Assembly (NCBI GenBank): GCA_965222155.1
Contig: CBDCTH010000012.1
Coordinates: forward strand, 1,376,001 to 1,440,000
Source: Gammaproteobacteria bacterium
GTDB lineage: Bacteria; Pseudomonadota; Gammaproteobacteria; Eutrophobiales; Eutrophobiaceae
DNA: 64,000 bases
Reading direction: 5' to 3'
Under the pieces are notes generated by a model. It did not search any database. It was not told the DNA's origin and was given only the letters and a program-made list of their open reading frames with translations. Each line of letters opens with the position of its first letter. Position 1 is the first letter of the stretch. Shown here piece by piece: positions 27,920 through 38,407 of the stretch. Both the position numbers and the translations under genes were made by a program.

Positions 27920-29311
27920 CTAAGCCGGCAGGATGTTGGCGTTCAACCGGAACAGGTTGCCAGGGTCGTACTGTCGCTTGACCTCGCGCAGGCGCTGGTA
28001 ATTTACACCGTAGGTTTCCTTAACCAGGCCTTCGCCGTGTTCGTTGTAGGAAGTCATATTGAGGTAGCCGCCATTGCCGGACGAGAAACGGGCCACCATA
28101 TCGTCCCACACTTTGCGTGTCCAGGCGATGTTGGCAGCCGTGTCCCCGGGCTCTGTCCACGATGAGTTGAACTCCATGAGATACGGCATGGAGCGGCTGC
28201 CGAACGCTGTCGCGTCGGCATCGATACGGGAACTGGCGCCGCGCAAATCATGCAGTACGAACGGCGTGCGTTTGGCCGGGCGTTCATTAAAGACCGTGAT
28301 CAATGCATCGAACACATCGTCCGTCATACGATCAAGGTATAGCGATTTCCAGTAATTCAGCAGCTCACCTTTCGGCAGGTACACGTCGAACATTTGCTGC
28401 ACGGCCGTGAAAGGTCGTGGGGCACTGAGATCAATGAGCGGCGTCGCAAGTTCCCGCAAAGGCTGTACGTATCGCTCACCTTCATCGGCTGGTCCGGCGT
28501 AGACACCGGCCGGGATAACGACTTCCTCGCCACGCAGTTCCGGCGGGAAGGTGTCGTGATCCGGGATCGTCCAGAAAAAGAATTCGGTCGTGAACGCATC
28601 GGGCGCCGTCTGCATGAATTCCCGCCAACCCTGCAGGATGGCGCGCGCCTGCGTCCCGGCGTACACCGGTGCACAATGCATGACCACGGGTCCCAATGGG
28701 TGCAAGCGGAACTCGAAGGTCGTGACGATACCAAAATTACCCCCTCCGCCGCGTATTGCCCAGAAGAGATCCGGATTCTCCGATGCATTTGCATGGCGCA
28801 ACTCGCCATCGGCAGTGACGATATCGACACTGAGAATGTTATCGACACTCATCCCGTACTTGCCGCGCACCCAGCCAAATCCACCACCGAGTGCGAGACC
28901 GGCAATGCCCGTTTCCGACACCACGCCGGCCGGCGCCACCAGGCCAAACGGCTGGGTTTCGTGGTCGATGTCGCCCAGCGTGGCGCCACCGCTGACCCAG
29001 GCAATTCGCTGCCCGGCATCGACCCGGACGCCGCGCATCAGCGACAGGTCTATCATCAGACCACCATCACAACTGGCATTACCCGCCACCCCATGACCGC
29101 CGCCGCGAACGGCCGGCAACAGGTCGTTCTTACGCGCCGTATTAACGCAATAACGCACGTCGGCAACACCCGTGCAGCGCACGATTGCCGCCGGACGCTT
29201 GTCGATCATGCCGTTGTGCAGGACCCGCGTTTCGTCGTAGGCCGCGTCACCCTGGCATAACACCGCGCCGCGAACGTTGTCGCGTAAAGATTGGATAATG
29301 GATTCGTGCAT
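27920..29311 (-). CDS. FAD-linked oxidase, BBE/VAO family
   Basis: VRGGGH, GGGGNFGIVT, YLN..Y..NY.RL..VK..YDP.NLF..N.N. Confidence 0.92.
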   Translation of the reverse strand: MHESIIQSLRDNVRGAVLCQGDAAYDETRVLHNGMIDKRPAAIVRCTGVADVRYCVNTARKNDLLPAVRGGGHGVAGNASCDGGLMIDLSLMRGVRVDAGQRIAWVSGGATLGDIDHETQPFGLVAPAGVVSETGIAGLALGGGFGWVRGKYGMSVDNILSVDIVTADGELRHANASENPDLFWAIRGGGGNFGIVTTFEFRLHPLGPVVMHCAPVYAGTQARAILQGWREFMQTAPDAFTTEFFFWTIPDHDTFPPELRGEEVVIPAGVYAGPADEGERYVQPLRELATPLIDLSAPRPFTAVQQMFDVYLPKGELLNYWKSLYLDRMTDDVFDALITVFNERPAKRTPFVLHDLRGASSRIDADATAFGSRSMPYLMEFNSSWTEPGDTAANIAWTRKVWDDMVARFSSGNGGYLNMTSYNEHGEGLVKETYGVNYQRLREVKRQYDPGNLFRLNANILPA

Positions 29312-29339
29312 GTGTCGGATATTTTAGCGCAAAGTCAGT

Positions 29340-30314
29340 CTAATAACAGCCTGCGACACGCGCCCTTTGTTGTACTAGAGTCAATACCAGGTCGATTACC
29401 GGGGTTGCTACGCCAACCAGTTGTCCCAGTTCATTTACCACACCCAGAAGAGCATCGATTTCCATGGTCCTGCCGGCTTCAAGGTCCTGCAGCATGGATG
29501 TTTTATGGGCGCCGACAGCGGCAGCGCCATTGATCCTCTGTTCCACGTCAATGCCAAACCGGACCCCCAGCTTTTCACCGATAGCCTGTGCTTCCAGCAT
29601 CATGGATTTTGCTATACCGCGCGTACCCGCCTCAGTCGCAATCACATCCAGGGTTGCGTGTGTCAGTACACTGATGGGATTAAAGCAGAGGTTGCCCCAT
29701 AACTTCACCCAGATTTCATTGCGTACTTCAGACCTCACCGGTGATTTGAAACCTGCACTGATAAGCGCTTTGCTCAGTTGGATACAACGTTCCGATTTTT
29801 CACCGTCGGGTTCACCCAGGGTAAATCTGTTTCCCTCTATGTGTTTAATAACACCCGGTTCACTGATTTCACAGGCAGGGTAGACAACACAACCGATAAC
29901 ACGCTGCGGACCGATCTCATTCCATTGGCGGTTACCAGGATCAACACTTTTCAGCCGGTGATTCTCCCAGGGACCCTTGAGCCCGTAAAAATACCACCAG
30001 GGGATACCATTGGCTGTAGTTACTACACAGGTTCGCTCTCCCAGCAACGGTTGCATCGCATCCAGGACATTCGGCACCGATGGTGCTTTCAGCGTAATAA
30101 TCACATAATCCTGGGGACCCGCTTCAGCGGGATCATGCGTACACTGCGGATAAGCGGTTATTTCCTGCCCGTCAGAAATTATTTTCAAGCCGTTTTTTTT
30201 CATCGCCTGCAGGTGCGGTCCGCGGGCAACCAGGGTGACGTCAACCCCCGATAAGGATAGCCGGGCGCCCATATACCCCCCGATAGCGCCGGCGCCATAA
30301 ATACAGATTCGCAT
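29340..30314 (-). CDS. Ketopantoate reductase family protein (oxalyl-CoA reductase-like PanE2)
   Basis: GAGAIGG, NGIPWWYF, W.KLWGN, HKTSMLQD; ATGA overlap with the upstream ligase. Confidence 0.85.
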   Translation of the reverse strand: MRICIYGAGAIGGYMGARLSLSGVDVTLVARGPHLQAMKKNGLKIISDGQEITAYPQCTHDPAEAGPQDYVIITLKAPSVPNVLDAMQPLLGERTCVVTTANGIPWWYFYGLKGPWENHRLKSVDPGNRQWNEIGPQRVIGCVVYPACEISEPGVIKHIEGNRFTLGEPDGEKSERCIQLSKALISAGFKSPVRSEVRNEIWVKLWGNLCFNPISVLTHATLDVIATEAGTRGIAKSMMLEAQAIGEKLGVRFGIDVEQRINGAAAVGAHKTSMLQDLEAGRTMEIDALLGVVNELGQLVGVATPVIDLVLTLVQQRARVAGCY

Positions 30315-31846
30315 CAAACCAGCCCCAATTTCCCGGCCAGGCCTATTCGTTGTACTTTTCCGGTCGCGCCTTTCGGAATATCATCCAGCAGCAAGATTTT
30401 CTTTGGTACCTTAAAACCGGCCAGATATTCTGCGGCAAAGGCGCGAAGTTCACTCTCGCTTGCTGTCTGACCGTCTTTTAACACAACAGCAGCAGCCACT
30501 TCTTCGCCCAGTTTAGAGTGGGGGACGGCGAAGGTGACAGCCTGGTTCACCGCAGGGTGATCCAGCAAAATTTCATCCACTTCCCTTGGTGAAATCTTTT
30601 CTCCCCCCCGGTTTATGATTTCCTTTAAACGGCCGGTGATGGTCAGGTATCCGTCCTCATTCATAACTCCCTGATCACCGGTTCGGAACCAGCCGTCTAC
30701 AAAATTTTCCCGGTTTGCGGTCGGATTATTTTCATACCCGGCCGTGACGTTTTTCCCTTGAATCACTACCTCGCCGATGGAACCTGCCCGGAGCAGATTA
30801 CCGGTGTCGTCCATTATCGCCACCTTCGGCCCGGCGGCGATACCTACGGTACCGGGCTTTCTGGTTCCGGGGGGTAACGGATTGCTCGTCATCTGGTGGG
30901 AAGCTTCCGTCATCGCATAAGCCTCAATAACCGGTGATTTAAACGTCTCCTCCAACTCACTCATCACCTGGGGGGGTAATGACGACGATGAAGAACGAAT
31001 AAATCGCAAGGCGGAATTCATCGCTATCTGTTTATTTTTACCGGCTCTGGACAGAATTGCCTGGTGCATGGTCGGAACCGCGGTATACCAGCTTGGCTGC
31101 GCGTCCTCCAACCAGGCAAAAAATTTCAATGCATTAAACCCGGGAGTACAAAAGATACTCGCACCGGCGCAGATACTCGAGAGAACGGCTGCAATCAGGC
31201 CATGAATATGAAACAGGGGCATCACGTTCAAACAACGGTCTTCGGCTGTGAGGTTCAGGGTAGTACGGATATTTTCTGCACTGGCACAAATGTTCCTTTG
31301 CGTTAACGGGACAATCTTGGGCCGCGAAGTGGTCCCGGAAGTGTGTAAAACCAGGGCAATATCGTCTCCACCGGCAAATTCAGGGGGGATGACTGCCTGT
31401 TCCTGCTGCCGTTTATCGACAGGTTCCAGTTCAAATTCACCCGCGGTCAAAGAGGCCCCCTTTTTCAATGTCAATATGGGGATATGCAGATCCCGCGCAG
31501 CGTCAATTGACGGGGACTGACTGTTTTCTTCCACGATCAGCACAGCGGCCTTGAGGTCTGAAAGATAAAAATCAAATTCCGCCTTTTGATATGCAGGATT
31601 GAGGGGAGCGGCAGTGGCGGCACAGGAAGTTGCAATAAAACATGCCGCCATCTCAGGGCCGTTAGGCAATACGATCGCTACCCGGTCATTTCTGTGTATG
31701 CCATTCCGGTTCAGTGTTGCTACCGTGTTTTCAACCAGTTGCAGTAAATCGCCGTAGCTGAGGGCTTCCTGTCCGGGGGCGTTTATTACAGTGGATTCAC
31801 TGTTTGCCGCTTTTATTAATTCCAAAACAGGCGTAATTTCAGACAT
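30314..31846 (-). CDS. Acyl-CoA ligase, oxalate--CoA ligase-like
   Basis: HTSGTTSRPK.VPL, PLFHIHGL, WYTAVPTMHQ, EAYAMTEASHQMTSNPLPP. Confidence 0.85.
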   Translation of the reverse strand: MSEITPVLELIKAANSESTVINAPGQEALSYGDLLQLVENTVATLNRNGIHRNDRVAIVLPNGPEMAACFIATSCAATAAPLNPAYQKAEFDFYLSDLKAAVLIVEENSQSPSIDAARDLHIPILTLKKGASLTAGEFELEPVDKRQQEQAVIPPEFAGGDDIALVLHTSGTTSRPKIVPLTQRNICASAENIRTTLNLTAEDRCLNVMPLFHIHGLIAAVLSSICAGASIFCTPGFNALKFFAWLEDAQPSWYTAVPTMHQAILSRAGKNKQIAMNSALRFIRSSSSSLPPQVMSELEETFKSPVIEAYAMTEASHQMTSNPLPPGTRKPGTVGIAAGPKVAIMDDTGNLLRAGSIGEVVIQGKNVTAGYENNPTANRENFVDGWFRTGDQGVMNEDGYLTITGRLKEIINRGGEKISPREVDEILLDHPAVNQAVTFAVPHSKLGEEVAAAVVLKDGQTASESELRAFAAEYLAGFKVPKKILLLDDIPKGATGKVQRIGLAGKLGLV

Positions 31847-32033
31847 CTTACATCCCGACCTTCGCATGGTTAATTCATGCAGTTTATAACATTATGCTGA
31901 AGGGAAGGCTACCGGGACGATACGGAATCCACGATCGCGACGACTTGTTAAACTTGACAAACTTCGTAGAAGACGGTGCCATTGGCTACAATTATAAATT
32001 ATCAGTCTGCAGAGAATAACGAGGAAAGCACTC

Positions 32034-33284
32034 ATGAATCTGATACGTCATCATACATTGCCCGTAAACAGCGAGACCGTACATTGGGGTTATTTCAGCA
32101 AAGATATTGAGCCCAGGCTGACCGCCGCATCGGGTGATTTCATCACCATCGAAACATTGACCCATCACGCCAATGACGACGCTTCACTGATGGTTGATGG
32201 TGATCCGGGCGCAGAGAGCGTATTCCGCTGGACCAGGGATCACAAAAGCGTTGACCGGCGTGGAGCGGGGCCTATGGATGCGTCGCTGTTTGGCCGCGGT
32301 GCGGGTGAAGGACTTGGGGTGCATCTGTTGACAGGGCCGGTTTATATCGAGGGGGCCGAACCGGGTGATATCCTGGAGGTCCGCATCCTTGACGTCAGAC
32401 TCCGTCCCAGCGCCAATCCCGATCACCCGGGTAAAGCCTTCGGCAGCAATGCCGCCGCCTGGTGGGGCTACCAGTACAACGATTTGATCACCGAACCCAA
32501 ACCACGCGAAGTAATCACAATCTATGAGATCGACGCAACCGGACAACGCCCCTGGGCCAGGGCATTGTATAACTTCCGCTGGACGCCGCAGACCGACCCG
32601 TTCGGCGTAGAGCATGCCACTATCGATTACCCCGGAGTGCCGGTAAACCATGATACGATCAAGAAAAACAGTTCGATTTTATCCGGAGTGCGGATACCTA
32701 CCCGCCTGCACTTCGGCGCCATAGGGTTGGCGGCGGCGGAAGCAGATATCGTAGACTCCATCCCACCAAGCTACTTTGGCGGCAACATCGACAACTGGCG
32801 TATCGGCAAGGGCACTAGCATGTATTACCCGGTAGCAGTCCCTGGCGGTCTTCTGAGCGTCGGCGACCCGCACGCCGGCCAGGGCGACTCCGAGTTGGCA
32901 GGCACGGCAATCGAAACCTCGCTGACCGGCGATTTTCAGATCGTCCTGCACAAAAAAAATCTACTCAGCGGGACCTTGTTACAGGGATTGGACTATCCGC
33001 TGTTGGAGACGGGCACCGAGTACATCGTTCACGGCTTCAGTTATGCCAACTACCTGGCCGAGCTTGGCGATGCGGCGCAGAGCGAGATATTTAAAAAATC
33101 CTCAGTTGACAATGCCATGCGCGATGCGTTCCGCAAGATGCGTAAATTCCTGATGGACACAAAAGGCTTGAGCGAAGATGAAGCGATTACCCTGATGTCA
33201 GTGGCAGCAGACTTTGGCGTGACGCAGGTGGTTGATGGCAACTGGGGCGTGCATGGCATCATTCAGAAAGGGATTTTTCCTTAA
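32034..33284 (+). CDS. Acetamidase/formamidase family protein
   Basis: VHWGYF, HLLTGPV, GGNIDN, GDPH.GQGDSE..GTAIE. Confidence 0.9.
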   Translation: MNLIRHHTLPVNSETVHWGYFSKDIEPRLTAASGDFITIETLTHHANDDASLMVDGDPGAESVFRWTRDHKSVDRRGAGPMDASLFGRGAGEGLGVHLLTGPVYIEGAEPGDILEVRILDVRLRPSANPDHPGKAFGSNAAAWWGYQYNDLITEPKPREVITIYEIDATGQRPWARALYNFRWTPQTDPFGVEHATIDYPGVPVNHDTIKKNSSILSGVRIPTRLHFGAIGLAAAEADIVDSIPPSYFGGNIDNWRIGKGTSMYYPVAVPGGLLSVGDPHAGQGDSELAGTAIETSLTGDFQIVLHKKNLLSGTLLQGLDYPLLETGTEYIVHGFSYANYLAELGDAAQSEIFKKSSVDNAMRDAFRKMRKFLMDTKGLSEDEAITLMSVAADFGVTQVVDGNWGVHGIIQKGIFP

Positions 33285-33357
33285 CCGTCAGAGGATACGG
33301 TGTTCCCTACCGATATGACGTTAACCGGTGTGAGAATGGAGTTAAATCATTAAGCCA

Positions 33358-35472
33358 ATGAAACTCTACTGTATTCCATGCATCTTATATTTGTCGATAA
33401 ATCTATGTTCAGCCGATAACAGTTATACAACCTGGGAAACCTATGGTGGCGATAAGCGTAACACCAGATACTCTTCGCTGGACCAGATCAACATAAGCAA
33501 TATAAACCGGCTGCAGGTTGCCTGGCGATATTCAACAGGTGATGCTGAAGAGCGGGGCACGCAAATCCAGTGTAATCCCATTGTGGTTGAAGGGAAGTTA
33601 TACGCTACATCACCGAAACTTAAAGTCTTCGCACTGAACGCAGCGACAGGGGAGTTGATATGGCGTTTTGATCCGTTTAAGGGCGCCAGTACCGGGCAGG
33701 GTATCAATCGAGGCCTTTCCTATTGGCATAGCAATGCGGATAAACGAATCCTGTTTGGCGCCGGCCCTTATTTGTATGCGTTGAATGCTGATAATGGAAA
33801 GCTGATTAATAACTTTGGGGAAGATGGAAGAGTGGACCTGCGTAAAGGCCTCGATCGTAATCCACAGGAACAGCAAGTCGATATCACGACCCCGGGCATA
33901 ATTTATAAGGACCTCATAATCCTGGGATCAAGAACCGGCGAAACGCCGGGAGCGGCGCCGGGACATATCCGTGCTTATGATGTGAATACAGGAAGAATGG
34001 AATGGATATTTCATACCATTCCACACCCGGGCGAGTTTGGTTATGAGACGTGGTCACCGGATTCCTGGCAAAAAGTCGGAGGGGCCAATGCCTGGGCTGG
34101 AATGAGCCTGGACGAGGAAAACGGCATCGTCTTTGTGCCGACCGGTTCGCCGTCCTATGATTTTTATGGCGGCAATCGTGTCGGTGATAACCTGTTTGCC
34201 AACAGCCTGGTTGCATTAAAAGCCGACACAGGTGAACGGCTCTGGCATTTTCAGACAGTCCATCATGATTTATGGGATCGGGACCTTGCTTCGCCACCTA
34301 ATCTTGTAACAGTTATACACGATGGCAAATCAATTGACGCTGTTGCCCAGGTAACCAAGTCAGGCTTCATATATCTGTTTAACAGGTTCAACGGAACACC
34401 GCTGTTCCCTGTTGAGGAACGGCAGGTGAGAAATTCTGATGTCCCTGGCGAAGTGACATCACCGACCCAACCCGTACCGCTCAAGCCACCACCATTTACA
34501 CGACAAAGTTTCACGATTAAGGATGTAACTGATATTTCAGAACGTGCACGGTTGTATACAAAAACTCAACTGATGAATATGCGCTCCGGGGAACCGTTTA
34601 TTCCTCCCGCTATCACAAAAGATACAATCATGTATCCCGGATTCGACGGCGGTGCGGGGTGGGGAGGGGCAGCTTATGACCCGGTGTCCAATCTGCTCTA
34701 TGTGAATGCAACCGAATTGCCCTGGTCCTTTGAACTGGTCGATATCACTGATGCCACACACAACCCCGGTAAGACAATTTATCTGAAATATTGTGCCGGC
34801 TGCCATGGAATTAATCGGGAAGGCATGGGTAAGGACTTCCCGTCGCTGCAAAATGTGGGAGAGAAGCTGTCTTATCCTGTTATTGCAGCAATCATAAGAA
34901 ATGGTAAAGGCCGCATGCAGGGCCTTCCGCAACTGGGATTTGAAAATATATTATTGCTGCTCGACTATCTGAATGTAACGGATGTGGACACAACCGGGGG
35001 AAGCCTGAATGAATCTCCAGCTGAAATTAAACTGGATGTTCCTTATCTTCATACCGGATATAAAAGGTTGCTGGACCCTGATGGCTATCCGGGCATTAAA
35101 CCTCCATGGGGAACGTTAACTGCGATAGATTTGAACCTGGGCGCCATTGTGTGGCAAGTCCCGTTGGGGGAATACCCGGATCTGGTTAAACAGGGAATAC
35201 GACATACGGGGACAGAAAACTATGGAGGTCCTGTTGTGACAAAAGGAGGTTTGGTTTTTATTGCTTCGACAATGGATGAAAAGTTACGCGCATTCAATAA
35301 GACCACGGGAGAAGTTGTTTGGGATTACCAATTATCGGCAGGCGGGTTCGCTACACCCGCCACTTATGAGGTTGACGGTGAACAATTTATCGTGATCGCG
35401 GCAGGAGGCGGTAAATCCGGATTGAAATCCGGAGACGAGTACATTGCATTTTCACTTCAGGATAATTTGTGA
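33358..35472 (+). CDS. PQQ-dependent dehydrogenase (glucose DH-like) with an internal cytochrome c domain
   Basis: Signal peptide; FQTVHHDLWD, PPWG.L.AIDL; CAGCHG. Confidence 0.9.
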   Translation: MKLYCIPCILYLSINLCSADNSYTTWETYGGDKRNTRYSSLDQINISNINRLQVAWRYSTGDAEERGTQIQCNPIVVEGKLYATSPKLKVFALNAATGELIWRFDPFKGASTGQGINRGLSYWHSNADKRILFGAGPYLYALNADNGKLINNFGEDGRVDLRKGLDRNPQEQQVDITTPGIIYKDLIILGSRTGETPGAAPGHIRAYDVNTGRMEWIFHTIPHPGEFGYETWSPDSWQKVGGANAWAGMSLDEENGIVFVPTGSPSYDFYGGNRVGDNLFANSLVALKADTGERLWHFQTVHHDLWDRDLASPPNLVTVIHDGKSIDAVAQVTKSGFIYLFNRFNGTPLFPVEERQVRNSDVPGEVTSPTQPVPLKPPPFTRQSFTIKDVTDISERARLYTKTQLMNMRSGEPFIPPAITKDTIMYPGFDGGAGWGGAAYDPVSNLLYVNATELPWSFELVDITDATHNPGKTIYLKYCAGCHGINREGMGKDFPSLQNVGEKLSYPVIAAIIRNGKGRMQGLPQLGFENILLLLDYLNVTDVDTTGGSLNESPAEIKLDVPYLHTGYKRLLDPDGYPGIKPPWGTLTAIDLNLGAIVWQVPLGEYPDLVKQGIRHTGTENYGGPVVTKGGLVFIASTMDEKLRAFNKTTGEVVWDYQLSAGGFATPATYEVDGEQFIVIAAGGGKSGLKSGDEYIAFSLQDNL

Positions 35473-35528
35473 TCCAACAAACTTGGTTTGACAATACAAT
35501 ATCGGGTAGCCTGCGTTGATTAAAATAT

Positions 35529-36839
35529 CTATTGTGATGATTTAGCTTTATTCCAGAACCTTTCATAAATAAAGACAGAGCCAAAGATAACCAGGAGAAA
35601 CAAGGGAAGAATCGCGATTGTTTGAAAGGTCTCTTCCGCGGCAGCACGAGAAACCAGATCCAATTGAGAACCGCTGAGCTCTGCTAAAACCCGCTCACCA
35701 CCTGCTGCATGTAATTTGGCTTTGTCATAAATAGCGCCGAATTGCGGCAGAATGAAATGGATAGACAAGGCGCCGGCCGTGCCTATGAGCCCAATTGTCC
35801 AGGGGCCACCGCGTGGATAGCGTTCAGCCGCCTGGGCCAACATGGTCGGCCACATAAAGCAAACTCCGGCACCCCAAAATGTCGCTGCAACGATAGCACT
35901 GGCAGGTGATGTGGCTACGCTGAGAAGATAAAGGCCTATTGCAGCAAGCAGGCTGGAACACCATAATAATCCTACCGGAGAGAGAAAGTGTGAGAGCGGC
36001 CCGGCAAAGTGGCGGAACACAAACATCATGCTACTTACGTAGACTAATATGATAATACCTTGCATCCCGACCGTTTGAGAAAGGATGAGTTCAACCAGTT
36101 GTCCTGGTGCAAGCTCTGAAGCAGCGGTCAGAAACATGGCGCCAAACCAGATGAAAAAACTCGGTCGGCGAACTATTTCATACACCATATCCCTGAAACT
36201 AACCCCGGACTGCACTCGCTGTGTCTGTGGGAATTCTGATATAAGGCTGAGACACGTCGTTGCGATGGCAGGCAGTATCAGCGCACTGAGTACAATACGC
36301 CAGTCCAGAGCCATCGAATCGGCAAACAATGCCCAAAGCCCGCCTATCACCAATCCGGCAGGCCACCAGGCATGCAACACGTTGATGCGATGAGTCGTGT
36401 CTTTTGGATATATGGTTGCAGCTAACGGGTTGATGGCGGCTTCTACTGAACCCCAACCCAGGCCCTGCAATGCCATGCCGAGCCACACAAGCCGGTAAAC
36501 ACGTTCACCTTCGGCTAGAGAGTCGGAAAAAATCACCAACAATGCCCCAGCGCTGAAAGCAATTCCGGAGAACGATAACATCCGGCGAATACCGATAAAG
36601 TCCAGAGCCAGACTCCCGAAAAACAGGGTGATGGCAAATCCTAAAAAGGAAACTCCAAGCGCCTGGGTCATCAAGGTGACTGAATTTGAGGGATCTATGA
36701 GGCTGAACAGTTCAACTGATATTTCATCCGATACGGCCACCCGTAGTGACAGGCTGATGGCAGCAGATGTCAATGCCAGTATCGCGATCCAGAATAAGAC
36801 AGCGGGCCGCCGCAGCGGTAAGTTTTTCATGTTTGCCAT
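35529..36839 (-). CDS. MFS transporter (sugar-associated)
   Basis: VEAAINP, LHAWWPAG, GVCFMWPTML. Confidence 0.88.
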   Translation of the reverse strand: MANMKNLPLRRPAVLFWIAILALTSAAISLSLRVAVSDEISVELFSLIDPSNSVTLMTQALGVSFLGFAITLFFGSLALDFIGIRRMLSFSGIAFSAGALLVIFSDSLAEGERVYRLVWLGMALQGLGWGSVEAAINPLAATIYPKDTTHRINVLHAWWPAGLVIGGLWALFADSMALDWRIVLSALILPAIATTCLSLISEFPQTQRVQSGVSFRDMVYEIVRRPSFFIWFGAMFLTAASELAPGQLVELILSQTVGMQGIIILVYVSSMMFVFRHFAGPLSHFLSPVGLLWCSSLLAAIGLYLLSVATSPASAIVAATFWGAGVCFMWPTMLAQAAERYPRGGPWTIGLIGTAGALSIHFILPQFGAIYDKAKLHAAGGERVLAELSGSQLDLVSRAAAEETFQTIAILPLFLLVIFGSVFIYERFWNKAKSSQ

Positions 36840-36851
36840 AGATATCGAGAG

Positions 36852-37184
36852 TCAGTCCTTTCCCATGTAGTCTACTTCCATAAAATCCGATACCTCCTTA
36901 AGCCAGCGTTGAATTACGAAGGCCTGGTGAGTGGGGTGATCGTTGTAGGCGTCGTAGGCAGCCTGATTTTCAAATTCCATTGAAAAACCAAAATCGAAAT
37001 CATTCTTTCCACTGACCTCTCTAAGAACCTGAAAGTTCTCAACCTGGGGTATACCGGTCAGAATTCGCTCTGCGTCACGCAAAAAAATCTGTGTTCCAGG
37101 CGCATCCTTTGCATAACGCAGACGAAAGGCAACCGTATGCAGAATGCGTTCTCCGCTTAGCCTGTTCATGCCATCCTCACTCAT
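36852..37184 (-). CDS. Dabb family protein
   Basis: ILHTVAF..FGFSMEF..AY.AY..HP.H..FV..W. Confidence 0.85.
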   Translation of the reverse strand: MSEDGMNRLSGERILHTVAFRLRYAKDAPGTQIFLRDAERILTGIPQVENFQVLREVSGKNDFDFGFSMEFENQAAYDAYNDHPTHQAFVIQRWLKEVSDFMEVDYMGKD

Positions 37185-37225
37185 AGTTATTATATTCCTG
37201 GAATTAGTTGCATTGTCAGGGGGAG

Positions 37226-38386
37226 TCAGAATTCCACCCAGGTGCCGCCAAGATGATTTGACTCGACGCACTTTTCTATGAATCGAACACCTTGTACACC
37301 GTCTTCAACTGTTGGAACCAGCAGGGATGCAGGGTCGGGTTCGCGCTTTTGAATCTTTGCGATGATTTGCTCCGCCGTATCCTTGTACAATTGCGCAAAT
37401 GCCTCCAGATAGCCTTCGGGATGTCCTGCCGGTATGCGCGTGGCCAGTTCGGCAGCTTGTCCCAATTTATTACCAGCTCTTGTCAGCTTCTGTGGCACAC
37501 CTTCTAATGGGTTCCAGAATAAGACATTCGGGTTTTCCTGGTCCCAGACCAAACCTCCCTTTTCCCCATAGATACGTATACGCAGGGCATTTTCGTTGCC
37601 TGGCGCTACCTGACTGGACCATAACATCCCCTTCGCTCCCTTGGTGAAGTGCAGCAACACATGTGCATTATCATCGAGCAGGCGCCCTTCCACAAAGGTA
37701 TGCAGGTCGGCCGCCAGTTCTTCTATTTCAAGCTCTGTGATGAAACAAGCCAGATTGATCGCATGTGTTGCAATATCGCCGACACAGCCCGCCGGGCCGC
37801 TGCGTTTCGGATCAGTGCGCCATTCAGCCTGTTTTTGCCCTTCATCTTCTATTTTGGTTGCCAGCCACCCTTGTGGATACTCCAGTTGTACAACGCGAAT
37901 CCGGCCTAACTCACCTTGCTGTACCATTTCACGCGCATGGCGTACCAGAGGGTAACCGGTATAATTATGCGTCAGCGCGAAAATTAAACCGCTCTTTTTG
38001 ACTAACCCGGCCAGAGATTCGGCATCCTCCAGGCAAGTTGTTAACGGCTTATCACAAATTACATGAATACCTACCTGAAGGAACGCCCTGGCCGCATCGT
38101 AATGGACGTGATTAGGCGTAACAATGGCGACCACGTCTACACCATCGTCCCGTCCCGCTTCGGTACTTGCCATCACCTGAAATGAGTCGTAACACCTTTC
38201 CGGAGCGATAAGTAATTCACTTGCGGACATCCGGTTTCGATCCGAATCAGTAGATAATGCACCCGCTACAAGTTCATATCGATCATCGAGGCGTGCGGCT
38301 ATCCTGTGGACTCCACCGATGAAAGCGCCTTGCCCACCGCCTACCATACCGAGCCGCAGCCGCCTTCCCAGAGTTAATCCTGTCAT
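37226..38386 (-). CDS. Gfo/Idh/MocA oxidoreductase
   Basis: GMVGGG.GAFIG.VHR, CDKP, GDIATH, GHPEGY. Confidence 0.92.
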   Translation of the reverse strand: MTGLTLGRRLRLGMVGGGQGAFIGGVHRIAARLDDRYELVAGALSTDSDRNRMSASELLIAPERCYDSFQVMASTEAGRDDGVDVVAIVTPNHVHYDAARAFLQVGIHVICDKPLTTCLEDAESLAGLVKKSGLIFALTHNYTGYPLVRHAREMVQQGELGRIRVVQLEYPQGWLATKIEDEGQKQAEWRTDPKRSGPAGCVGDIATHAINLACFITELEIEELAADLHTFVEGRLLDDNAHVLLHFTKGAKGMLWSSQVAPGNENALRIRIYGEKGGLVWDQENPNVLFWNPLEGVPQKLTRAGNKLGQAAELATRIPAGHPEGYLEAFAQLYKDTAEQIIAKIQKREPDPASLLVPTVEDGVQGVRFIEKCVESNHLGGTWVEF

Positions 38387-38407
38387 GGTGGTATCTTTAC
38401 ATGTATT

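Noticed and set aside
28394-29260. Long antisense ORFs (this one and similar ones opposite icmF, mgsC and the TBDRs)
   Set aside because: They are shadow frames of well-supported genes on the opposite strand.
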